DNA of 64,000 nt from Vermamoeba vermiformis (Eukaryota). Of the stretch, positions 1-12,078 are shown one piece after another. The stretch is taken from the NCBI GenBank assembly GCA_045837725.1, contig JBEWZL010000003.1, forward strand, positions 124,001 to 188,000. The letters are read 5' to 3'. Position numbers and translations under genes: made by a program. The notes under the pieces were generated by a model. It was not told where the DNA came from. It did not search any database and worked only from the letters and a program-made list of their open reading frames with translations. How positions within the stretch are numbered: position 1 is the stretch's first letter; every line of letters begins with the position of its first letter.

Positions 1-741
1 TTGATTGACTTCGATCACGCGTGCAAACTCAGCGAAGGTTTGGCCAATAATTTTTTAAATTTTCAAATGACGGGTTTAACCGACATTTTTTTCAAGTATT
101 AGGACATAGTTTTGGTACTCGAGGACATCGCGCACCTGAGCTTATTTTGACGGGAGAATACACCATCGCTGCTGAAATGTTCAGCTTTGGCGTTTGGCTT
201 ATTGAATGGGTACATTTTTTGGATATCGTAATAGTTAATATATCACTAACGATTGTATTTAGTTCTTTCAGAAGTCTGTTTCCGCCATTTTGGCGAAATT
301 CCGGCCAAACTTCTCTATCGAGCATGATGAACTCTATGCAGTTGACATGTTATTGCAAGTATTTGAAGAGTAAGGCCTACTTGAATATAGAAGTCTCATT
401 ATTAGTTGTCTCTAATGTGTTCGATCAGATATGCGGATTCAAAGCCGTATTCGGAGCTGTGGCCAAGTCATTACAGCGCATTAAATCGAATTGGAAATTA
501 TTCTGCGCCATCAAGCTATTACATTAACGAAGAACAGTTCCAGAATTTACGTGTTATAATTCGAGATTTATTGAACAAAGATCCATCGAAAAGACCGAGC
601 TGCAAAGAATTGCTGACAGATCCGAAGTACAGCGTATTTTTGGACACAACCAAGCCGACAGATTTAGTTATTCCAATCGCAAAAAGAGAAACAATCACTA
701 AACACGTTATCTATTCTCCGAATTACAAACGGAATAAATGA
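1..741 (+). CDS. Protein kinase, 3' part (5' end outside window); DFD instead of DFG
   Basis: Hand-spliced exons give LIDFDHA...GTRGHRAPEL...EMFSFGVWL...DLLNKDPSKRPSCKELL (kinase subdomains VII-XI); stop at 741. Confidence 0.8.
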
Positions 742-980
742 CACAAGCGCTATTAGTTTAGCTTTAATCGCGATCTCCATCAGATCTGGCGTCGAAAAAT
801 TTTGTCGCCATTGATCGTAATTACTTCATTCATATCTATATTTGGAAATGGCTCTGCAATGGATATTGTTCATCAGAGTAAGGCAATGACCCCAAATTTC
901 ACTTCGAAACTGATTTCCGTACGTTGAAAGGTCGGGTCCATAACGAGGTCTATTCCTAAAGATTGAGTACATGACACGCT

Positions 981-2999
981 CTATTTATTTCTTTTTACGG
1001 GCATGACAGGCATACCGTCAACAGGTCCGACAGTAATCGAGGGTCGTTTTTCAAGTTTGTAATTCGGTCGCAGCTTGAACTCAAACTGTTTGAACAATGA
1101 CCCGAGCACCACGTACTGCTCCATCATTGACAGGGACTTGCCAATGCAATCACGTTGTCCCTTGCTGAATGGCGTGTACAACGAAGGACGTCGTTTTTCA
1201 CGCTCTTCTTTCGTGAACCTGACCATAATTCGTTATTGCCTTATATGGAAATGTATAGGAGGTGTCGGGGAGTACCTTTCGGGATTGAAAACTTCGGGGT
1301 TGGGATAATACTGCGGGTTGCGATGAATCGAGTATGAGGAGTAGATCACGGGCGAACCTTTTTTGAATTTGTAGCCTTTGATTTCAACGTCTTCGTCTAA
1401 AGTACGGCCAGTACCGCCTGCTGACGGGTGTTTTCTTAGCGACTCCTGTAAGTATTGTTAGTTAAAAGTGGCAAATTTGAACCGTCTCGTATGACACGTG
1501 TCATCAAAATGTCACTTCAAAATTGACACGTGTCAATAATTTTTTCATTTGACAACGGTTTGACCGGTTGATTACGCACCTTGATAATCATATCTAAGTA
1601 CTCTAAGTCCTTGAATTGATTGGCATCAGGCATGTCATTGTCACCGAGCACGCGATCCAGTTCGTCTTGAAGTCGTTTCAGGATTGGTGGATTCTGCGTG
1701 AGTTCATAGACCGTAAATGCCATTGAATGTGCTGTAGTGTCGTGACCAGCAAATAAAAATGTAATAACATTGTCGCGAATTACTTCGTCGCTCAAGCCCT
1801 CGCCGGTCTCTGGATCCTTTGCCGTCAACAAAAGTTCAAACAAAGTCTTGCCCGAGTTTAGCGTGCTCTATAAATAGAACGTTAATTCATTTCCTAATAT
1901 GGTTAAGTTTTTGGAAAGTCCATCTGGTCAAATTTCAATTTGATTTTTCGTACCTTTGGACGCTGTCTATAATCGTCAATAATTTTTTGAATTATCACAT
2001 GCAATCGCTTGATGTATTTGCGGCATTTAATTGACGACGGGAAAATTGGCAAATATAAAATCGGAACTCGTACTGCTCGCAAAAGAAAGCTGATTCGAAA
2101 TAATGCGTGATTAGTATTAATAGCGTTATTAATATTAATATTGAACGTACTCAAGACTATATCCGATTAAATGAATTATTTCGTTGTCTTTTTCTTCCTC
2201 CAAACTGTTGAACTCGACATTGAACGCTGATTCTCCGATAAAATCAAGCGTTAAACGCACAAAAAAAGCATCAATATCAACCTATAGTATTATATTATAA
2301 TTAATAAGTATTATTGGCTTTTTCTTATTGCTAAAATTTAAAAACTTACGTATTCTGCTGTTTCAGCTTTATGCGCTAATTTGTCTAGCAATACTCGCAG
2401 CTTATTTTGTAAAATAGGTATTTGATTGCGAATATTTGTAGGAGAAAAGGCTGGTAAGATCGTGCGTCGTTGCATTTTCCAGTCTCTAAAGCTCATCTCG
2501 GTTAAAAGCCCATGTCCCATGAGTTTTGCAAGGCCGTAGTACTATTTTTAAAATTAATAAGGCTTATGTTATCGTATCGTTATAAGCTTACAAAGGAAGG
2601 CAAGCGAGGCGTGTAATTATCCATTAAAAAATATTCTGTCAGATCGGGATCTGCGATATGAATTAAAAACGGCTTTCCAAACCAAGAAAAAATTTGGAAC
2701 ACGGGTCCATATTGCTCGTGTAATCGCAATCTCCATTCCGCAAAGTCCCTGCGCCTATAATGATTGCAATTATTTTCTTTGCATTATTTAATCAAATAAT
2801 TAAATAGCTGAAACAATTAATAATTCGTTTTAAAGACTTACTTTATATGCCTAAGTGCTTCAAGCATGTTTCCATAGAAAAACGATGGCGGTGGGCCTGG
2901 GATCCGCCTTTTCCAATCCATAAACTCGAAGTATCTTTTGATTATGAAGAGCACGACAATCGTCGGCAATAATATCCATAATATCGTCGAAAAATGCAT
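981..2999 (-). CDS. Cytochrome P450, multi-exon
   Basis: N-terminal TM followed by PGPP; I-helix FLFAGHDTTAH; K-helix ESLR; PER motif; heme motif PFSKGQRDCIG. Confidence 0.95.
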
Positions 3000-3537
3000 G
3001 GTTAAGTGTGCTCTACTTACATCGAAGCTCGGGTGAATAGATGTTTTTGTCCCCTCACTAAATCTTTGGACTGGACAGGATACAGATCCAGTCTAAAAAT
3101 AGTTGCAAAAGTATATCTTGATCTCTTTATTCACCTCAATGATCAAGGTACTGCTTTGGGCATAAGACCGATCGATCTTAAGTGACAGATCGCTTTGATC
3201 TCATCCGAATTGGTGCACAACCTTAGTTCTCCCCGATAAATGGTCCTAAAATTATTAGTAAATTACTTAAATATTTCAGTAATTTTAGGTAGTGTAATAT
3301 GAGGATTAGCTCCTTATTTTACTGATAGCTGAAACAAATCTAAATTGGCGGTCCGTTTTGGACAAGTTAATTTTGCCGTATTCTGTGGTAAAATATTCTA
3401 CGTAGGATTATACGCACGATAAAGTTGCTATAAGAGAAGAGTTGGTGCGATTTGTTTCGAAATGTTCGCAACTGTTCAAAAAAACATAAAAATCTTCTTG
3501 TATTCGTTCATTCACAATCAATTCAACATACAACACA

Positions 3538-5932
3538 ATGGAACACGAATATTATTTTAATATTGATATCGTTCCAAGTGATATTTGGAGGCTGATCTTC
3601 AAACAATTGCGAACAATGACAGATCTTCGTTCTTTCAACTCGATCAACAAATCATGCCATAATTTCAGCAAATACTACATGCAAAAGCAAAAATTATGGC
3701 TTGGGATATACAGATCTCGCTTTGGATTGGCTGACACGAAATTTGTTTCTCCGATCTTGCCTTCAAAACTGTTTCATCTCAAAAAAATGCTTCAGCCAAG
3801 CCTTAATATTAGCAAAAATAATATTAACTTCAATCAACCACTCAAGATAGTCGTTATTGGCGATGGTAAATAGAAACGCAAAACGCGCGCGATAGTTTGA
3901 AACGATCGGGCGGCACAGGTCATTTATAAACCGTTGATAAAATAGGCGGAATAGGAAAGACATCATATACAAAACTTGTTTCTGGTGGGCACGTAAGTAA
4001 TAAGCAGATCTCGACAGAAAGTATTTAATTAATTAATTATTTTTTTCTTTATATCAGGTCGACAAGCGCTATATTCCAACGGTGGGCTGCGAAGTACATA
4101 AATTCACTGTCACTTCAAAATTACGACAGTTCCAAATCGTTCTTTGGGACACAGGTACACGAGTCTCGATCCATTAAAAAAATTTAAATATACTAACAGC
4201 ACTATTTCAGCTGGTCCTGAGAAATTTGGGGGGTTACGAGATGCCTATTAGTAAGTATTTGTAATTATATTATCGGTTATTAACATTACGCAAAGCATTG
4301 GCGCGGTTGGAGCGATAGTTTTATCGGATGTGACCAGCAAAATCACCATCAATAACATTCCCCATTGGCTGCGAGATATAAGGTAATGTTTATTTATAAG
4401 TAATCTAATGACGTAGTCTAATGAAAAATTAACAGGCGTGTTTGTGAGAATATTCCAGTTGCCGTTTGCGTCAACAAAATTGACACGCACATTGAAGATC
4501 CAAAACCAAGTCTTATCACTAGATTTAGATCGGCAATAACTATTGCGTGTAAAAAGAACGTGGTATGTCTCATAATAATTTTATTAATCGATTGTACGGT
4601 CGTTCTTACATTATTGTTTGGTCAGATGTTCTGCGAGATGTCAAACTGGGCCAAATTCAGCGTTCATGAACCGTTGATATGGATTCTACAGCAGCTGATG
4701 GGGTGAGTAAAATTCATACATAAATGTTATTATAAGTCTATTTATAGATGAGATTTATTGACACGAAGTTGTAGGGATGACACGCTCGAGTTGACATTTC
4801 CAGAAATGGTTAGCGAGAGACACGGGGTGGTCAATGCGGACATGATGAACGCGGCATTAAAAGCACGAAGTAAACTACTGGAATATCACATTGAAGACGA
4901 AGATGATTTTACTGGCGATCTTATTCTGACGACACAACAAGCTACTGACGCTTCGAAGGCGTTTTACGCAAAAAAAACGCAGAAAAAACGCAAAGTACTT
5001 GAAAACGTGATTCAATCGTGCTCACCACGAGTAAAAAATGTGATGGAAGCGTTGTTGACAGGTGTCAGAACTGGACCCGTACTCAGCACAAAAAACCGTA
5101 AGAATACTCTTAACTCTTAATACGATTATTATAGCTAATATTTAATGCACAAAAGATCATCCGTTGCAACAGCCATCGTTGTTATTCGTTGAAGGCCTCG
5201 AATGTCAAGAATTTCATGCCATCGAAAAGTTCAACTTTGTGCAACCACTGCTCGAGTTCTACAAACAACACGAAGACGCAATCATCATGGAGACTCAGAG
5301 CTTGATGGGACTTAGTACGTGCATAACACTACACGTGATATTATATGATAGTAACTGTTCTCTGTGTGCTTCAAGCAGGTGGTCTCGATGACATGACGTC
5401 ATCAGTCAATGGCTCGTGGAAATCGTTCTACTTTGTCGAGTCAGGACAAATCAATCGCACGAGCGCTGAAACAGCACCGTTGTTGACGCACATGCTGCGT
5501 GGTGTGTCTTCGCTGATGACATGTAGCTTCGGATACGCGTACATTTCGATCCTCGGACCACACTCACACATCACTCCTCATTGTGGCCCATGCAACATCA
5601 AGTAAGCACTCGGACCTATATCATAACGCATACTTATTGGTGCAATTAGACTGCGGTGTCATCTGCCGTTGATCGTGCCAAGTGAAGGGTGCACAATCAG
5701 AGTCGGATCCACGACCAAATCATTCAAACAAGGAGAGGTATTGTACTATTATAATTATAGTAATTTAATGGCATGCTCATGCACTATTTTTTAGCTGCTG
5801 ATCTTCGATGATTCGATTGAACATGAAGTGCGTAACGACAGTTCCTCACCGCGTGTCATTCTTTTGTTTGACATTTGGCACCCTGATTTGACACTCGATG
5901 AAATCAACAGCTTCAATACATACTTTTCTTAA
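3538..5932 (+). CDS. F-box / Ran-like GTPase / aspartyl-asparaginyl beta-hydroxylase fusion (copy 1)
   Basis: Spliced GT-AG exons give F-box-like IDIVPSDIWRLIFKQL; GDGGIGKTS; YIPTVGCEVH; WDTAGPEKFGGLRDAYY; RVCENIPVAVCVNKID; LMGDDTLEL...IEDEDDF (Ran-like tail). The same open exon (4775-5097) continues toward the AspH-like HITPHCGPCNIKLRCHLPL...FDDSIEHEVRNDSSSPRVILLFDIWHP. Confidence 0.85.
4618..4802. repeat. Near-identical inverted copy of 23958-24142 (exon + intron of F-box-Ran paralogs 1 and 3)
   Basis: Visual alignment shows ggtcagatgttctgcgag...aaaattcatacataaatgttattataagtcta...gttgacatttcca shared, including the intron. Confidence 0.85.
5019..5840. repeat. Near-identical inverted copy of about 27487-28306 (AspH module including introns)
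   Basis: ORFs 5164/5345 (+) and 27967/27720 (-) are almost identical; the introns also align. Confidence 0.92.
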
Positions 5933-6125
5933 TGGAATGCATTAATTAAATTGTTTTTTGTTTATTGGAAGCTTTTTCCGGGATCGAGCAAAAATTAGAT
6001 CCGCAATTTGATCTCGCTCCTAGAGTATAGTGAGCTAATGCTATTCTCTGCTATACATTATCAAATTCGTTATTGTTAGTACGTTCTTGTTGACAAACAT
6101 TCAAAAAGTTAAGATCTGTTCTAGT

Positions 6126-7950
6126 TTATTTCAACTTTGCGTGGTACAAGTACGGCATTTGCTCCATGAGCTCTGTACCGTATTTCTGGTCAAGAAATGC
6201 TAGGAAATAAAGCCGTTGAAGTGACGTAAGGTGAGTGAAGCATTTGTACGGTAAATTGGAGCTCGAAAACACTTCCAGCGAGGTTAAATTTTGCAGCGCT
6301 GTCAACGAAATAATCTTTTCCGTTGATTTCACGTGTGTTATACTTAAGCTCTCTAATGTCGTTATACGGACTAAACTTTGCCAAAATTCTTCTTGTTGTT
6401 CGTTTGGTGCTTGTAACGTTTTCAATGAAAGTCGTTCAAAAACTTGGGGAATAATATCTATTTGGAATCTGGTGTCCAATCGGGTCAATTTTGACAGTGA
6501 AGAAAACGTTTCGAACATTTCGGATGTAATTGAAGGCAGCTCTAGACTTTCCAAATTAGGCAATTTTGAAAAGTCAACGAATGTCTCCTGAAAAACGTTC
6601 TTCGTTTGATATGAATCGATTTTGAGTTTCTTCAGTTTGTGCAAATTTTTTACGCATGTCAAACTTGCACGTACTGTGTTTGTGAAAACCTTGAGATCCG
6701 TCAATTGCGTCAAATTCCCGATAATTCCATAATCGATTGGAACTCCATCATAATCAGAAATTTTTAGGCTTCTGCAGAGCTGTAAATCGTGTGATATCGT
6801 CTATGCTATTTGTCGCTGTAATTGAGACTCCTAATGACGTCAAAGTGACAGGCAACAACTTGACGTAATCGAATGGTCTGTTGCTCCGAATGTCAAAGTC
6901 TAATAACCTTGATAATGCTGTCAAAAACTCTAATGCGTCAGTGGGATTTTCTTCTCCAAACATTGGATCTAAAACCAAACGTGTCAAATTCGTCAACGAA
7001 GTCCAGTGACGTGTTACATCTAGCTTAAGGCAGCCATTAACGGTCAAATCTTCCAGGGCTAATTGACCAATCCCTGTCAAGTACTCGACGTAGTCAGTCG
7101 GATCTCCAATAATCAAGGACTTTAGTGCTGTCAATGCGTACAGCGGGGGCTGGATGTCATCCATTGACGAGATCCACAGCACCAACTCTTTCAATCGATG
7201 AGCTTGTGCAAGTGATTTTGTATCGTCTTTATTGCGGCTGTTTAATAGCATTACTGAAAGATATGTCAAATGACTGATACTTGGAATTTTTGAAAAATCG
7301 TCAAGCGATCCGAGGTGCAGATGTTGCACTTTGGTGTTCGAATTTAATGCTTTGACTGCTTCTGCGATATTTGCTTGGTTTAATTCTACATAAGTGAGAT
7401 TATGAAATGATGATAAGAGCTGAGAATAATTGCTATGAAAAAATTGCAAGGACTGTAGATTCGTCAATCGAGTCAGATCGGACATTAACAGGATTTCTTC
7501 CCCTGAATAATTTGTATCGCAAGATATTTTGGTAATATTCGTGAGCGCTGACAGGTGATTGATGGCTTGAGGTGTGAGATCAATTGTTTTTGTGAAGGTG
7601 AGGCTGATTGGTTTGTCGTATCTTGACAACGTCTGAACAATCTCTGGCATCATTCTCGATCGTGTAAAATACAATGTAAAAAAAAAAGAAATCAAACAAG
7701 TGGGGAGATGATTGGTTTGTCGTATCTTGACAACGTCTGAACAATCTCTGGCATCATTCTCGATCGTGTAAAATACAATGTAAACTGAGAATAATCAATA
7801 ATCTCAAATAATCTGGTGCATGTTTGACGAAGATATCGTTTTGATTTCTCATCCGTGCAAGAGTTGATAAGTTGAATTATCTCAACTGGTAATTGCTCCT
7901 AAAATTATTATTAGAATTATTAAAATATTTTGGCTTTTTATTTATACCAT
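6126..7950 (-). pseudogene. F-box-like + LRR protein, disrupted by a +1 frameshift (~6771) and a 104-bp duplication/insertion (7605-7784); may be assembly error
   Basis: ATG-only first exon, intron, then EQLPVEIIQLINSCTDEKSKRYLRQTC (F-box-like) and LTxLTNLxxL repeats. N- and C-termini are similar to the 25427-27214 gene. Confidence 0.75.
7605..7784. repeat. Perfect 76-bp direct repeat (7605-7680, 7709-7784) with a 28-bp spacer
   Basis: tgattggtttgtcgta...aatacaatgtaaa occurs twice. Confidence 0.95.
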
Positions 7951-8273
7951 TTGCGCATATAAAACCGTCGATCCACTTCTTAAACGATTCCGGTTTATCG
8001 CCTTGTCTTTGTCTCCTACACGGGATATTAAGTACTCAGCAGAGATATTAGCTATCAAGTAAGTGCAGGATCGTGTTCTCTTGTAAAATAATACGTTGAA
8101 TGCTAAAAGGCAATAACAAATCAAAACCGGACCGTTGAAAAGTCCAGAAAAATTCGGGACTACCTTTGGTCCAAACAAATTACGACAACCAAAATATTTT
8201 TCAGTGGGTTAGTGTAGCAAAAAGAATGTACGTGTAAGTAAGTTAATTTATTACATAATATTACACGTTACTG

Positions 8274-11200
8274 CTAGTCAGTGAAGAATTTAACACAAGA
8301 TTGTAAATACTTTTTGAATACTGAAGTCTCTTCTTCATCCATGCGCATATAAATCTCTTCTTTTTCTAATAACGGCTGTTTAACTGTTCCTATTCTCTCC
8401 CATTTCTCAGTACTTTCGAGCAGCGGATCTGGCAATGAAGCTCGTAGTCGCAACATATAGTTAGTTATCGGCAATACGATGCTCCATGGCAGTTTCACCA
8501 CGGACTCTAACTCCGTTACCAAATCGGGGAATTTGTTCTGATCTAAAAATAGCTTGATCATGAGTCCCATTTCTTCACTGAACACCATCAAATGTCCGTT
8601 CTTTCGCAACGCTCTGTAGACCGATTCAGCTCGCTCGTAGTCCTTTCTATCGATCAACAAGGCCAAAGTGTACGTGTACAATCTGCTGCCCAAGACCTCG
8701 AACGGGAACATGGCCGTAGATTTGGTGTAGATCTCCCACAACTCGTCCATGGCTTCGAGCAAGAACAACGATTCAGCGAACGCGCCCATGATCGCACGAG
8801 TCATTTCCAACTTCTTAGAGAGCATAGTGCCAAAGAAGCCTAAGATGGACTTGGCGTCGTGCCCTTTAACGCAGATCTGGCACGCAGTTTTGAACGCGAT
8901 AGAGTCTAACTGAACACCGTTCTCCAATAGCATCTTAAAGGCTGTGATTGCTCTGTCAGGCTCATCCTTCGAGAAATAGAAGATCAAGCGAGAATAAGCT
9001 GTCGAGTCCATCTTATGACCTTATAATTTAGTTTAGCACCTCGATCCGAAGATAAAAAAAAAAAAATAAACACTATCGTCATCTTTGTACACAGTCGTGC
9101 CACCTAAGACAGACAGAACTGCGAAACACCAATGACTTAATTTGGTAATAATAGTTCCAAAAAAGATCACTCTGAACGAAAATTGGGATACGAAAAATTT
9201 TTGACCGCAATTGTTCAACGCGAAAAAATCAATTATGGGACTAAAGATGAAGTCGTAGAAAAAGATCTATTCTTACCTTCTTGTTGAATTTGATTGACTA
9301 AATTATGCAGCGCTTTCAAATTGCCACTTTCTCCCAAAATGTCAATCATTTGAGTGTAGATCTGAATGTTCGGCTTGATCGACTGAGCAGCCATTTCGTC
9401 CAAAATAGTCTTAAGGTTCTTAGTAGTTCGATTATCGACGTTGTGCAATATGCAACTGAACAATCGCACGAAGGTGATGTCAACGGGCTTGATTTTCGCT
9501 GACTTCATTTGGTGGTACCAGTGCATAGCCTCTTCGAAATTTCCTTCTTTGGCTGAAAAAGTCACGTGATTAATAACGGTGACACGTGTCAATGATGAAA
9601 ACGCAGCGTAGGTGACTTTACCTTTAGCGCTGATAATGTTCGTGAAAGTGATCTCATTGGGCATTATTCCGGAAGCTGTCATCTCGTTCAAAATACTTTC
9701 AGCCTATAAATATGATTAGTACCCAGCACCTACTATTTACAGTAATGAAGGCACGATATAAATTTAATTTGTTGAAGTAAAAAGGTGCCGAAAAGTCAGA
9801 TCCAAAAAGTTCGAAATTTTGAACTTTTTACCTTTTGATTGGTCAAATTGCCGTGACGTTCCCAGCCCAAGATATAATCGTTGTACATGAGCACGGTGAG
9901 CGGGTATCTCTTCTCTTTTAAGTGGTTCCACAGACCTTCAAACTTTTCGAGACTTCTCTCGCCGTAGTAGATCAACATGACGCGGTACGTGTAATCGTTG
10001 AATTGAACGTCGTGCGTTCGCAAATAATTCGCGACTTTCTCGAAGTTCTCGGAATCGCTGTTACGCGAGAACAACGACAACAACGCGTTGTACGTATGAA
10101 TGCTGAGTTCCATCTTGTCCTGCATTCCATCGAAGAATTCCAACGCTTCTTTGGTCATTCCAGCGCTGCAGTACGCGCTCAAGATCTTGTTGTAGGTCGG
10201 CAAGTTCAATTGCAAACCTTCGTCACGTGCCTTGTTGAACGTCTCGCGCATCAGTTTCATGTCACCACGTTCGATGGCCATGGAGATAATACGCTGGTAG
10301 GTCACGGCTGTAGGACTTGTGATTGATTTGTACAGTGCCATAACTTCATCGTATTTGCCCATCGAGTGCAAGATTGCCAGCAACGCGTTCTGAATGTTTG
10401 TGCTCATTGGCAAGCCGCTCTCTTTGAACTGTTTGTAAACGTCGAGTGATTTTGTTACATCTCCACGTCTGAAATAACTCCACATCATTGCTCCATAAAC
10501 TCCGCCTAAAAAAGATTTCATGAATTAAAATAGATACCGAAATTGATCGAAAAATTCTAATTAAATTCTAAATATTATACGCAACGAGTATACTAATTGT
10601 TATTTAATAAAATAGTATTATGAACTCACCTCCGACTTTCATATCGTTAGCCAAATCTTTCAGTCTGAAAAAGTCCGCCCAGACCTGATCTGCCTTTTCG
10701 TACTCTTCCATATTCGTAAAGCAATTGATCATAAGCTGTATTAACATTGCCGTCGGTTTCTTGCGCAGCGCTTTCATTTCTTGGTAGATCATGCATGCTT
10801 CTTTGTACTTTCGTCGTTTGAAGTATGCATCGATTACTTGCGTGAAGAAAATAGCACCTGGCTCGAGTGAGGTATCTTGGCGTACCATATCTAACACGTT
10901 TTCGGCTTCTTGAAATTGTTCGGCCAAGATCAAGTTCTCGATCACCATTACATAGACACGCAAAGTTACTTTAGCACCTATAGATAAGAGTTAGTATACA
11001 ATTTCATATTATTTATAATTGTTTGGTAATTAACGAACAAAATGCGGTTGAGCTACAGATCAGATCGCGAGACCAACTTTACCTTTCGCTTTAGCCTCAT
11101 CTAGTGCTTCCAAAGCCTTATGATACTTGCTAGCACCCAGTAGGTCTTTGATACGTTCATATAATTTGTGACTGAAGGCTAAATCCGGTCGGTTAGAACG

Positions 11201-11634
11201 GAAATTAGTAGGGCGAATGTCCAGATCGGTGTTGTTGTTCGTTGGTAGCAGATCATCAGCGAACTCTTTTCTGAACTCCTCTGTTAGTCTATCGACCTTT
11301 ACTGCTCGTGTTTGCAAGCTCCTTGAAAATAGAGAAACCTTTGGGGCTGTAGTTGATTGGGTGGAAATTAATCCAAGGGCTCGTTTGGCTGATCTGGCAT
11401 TAAATGACCGGGAACAATTCTAAAATTAATTTAAAAAATTAGTAAAAATATATGGAGGCCGTTTGTGCAGAATTATCGCGGTTGGATAACTTAATTGAAT
11501 GTTGTAGATAATTCATGAATAAAATTTGGTTTACGAATCTGCCATAATATAATTCAAAAACTACATTTATACATTTGACATTAATTGTTATTATCATTTA
11601 TAACGTGGACACTTACCCAGCTAAGTCGTAACAT
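8274..11634 (-). CDS. Pentatricopeptide repeat (PPR) protein, probably mitochondrial
   Basis: Many 35-aa PPR motifs (TYNKILSAYCSAGMTKEALEFFDGM; PNIQIYTQMIDILGESG). First exons give MLRLSW|NCSRSFNARSAKRALG, an R/S-rich presequence-like segment. Confidence 0.9.
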
Positions 11635-12078
11635 TGTTTTAGAACTGGATCTCTGGTCTAAAGGGCAAGATTTACAAATTTACAATACAAAACATATAAA
11701 TATATATACTATTATTACAACGCGTTGCTTTCTTGAGCACAAAAAAGAAAACAAAATGTGGAAAACCAGAAAATCCTTTTTTGCCCAACCGAGTCCCACG
11801 TCACACACAATACTATGCCAAAAAGAAGAGGACAGCAGTTGTCTTAACTCTTTGAATATGACGCCGCTTATAAACGTTCTGATGGGGTCTGATTCAACGG
11901 CTAGATCCGCATTCATGAAAATTGTATCTTTTTCTTTGTATGCATGCGCAACGAGTTAATATTTGGAAAATTTGAATTTGGTTCTTACTATAATAACGGT
12001 AATTAAAATAGGTAAATAACGGTTTTAAAAGAAAAATGAAATCAATCCTTGTTAGATTCAAAGCGCGCCAAGTATCAT

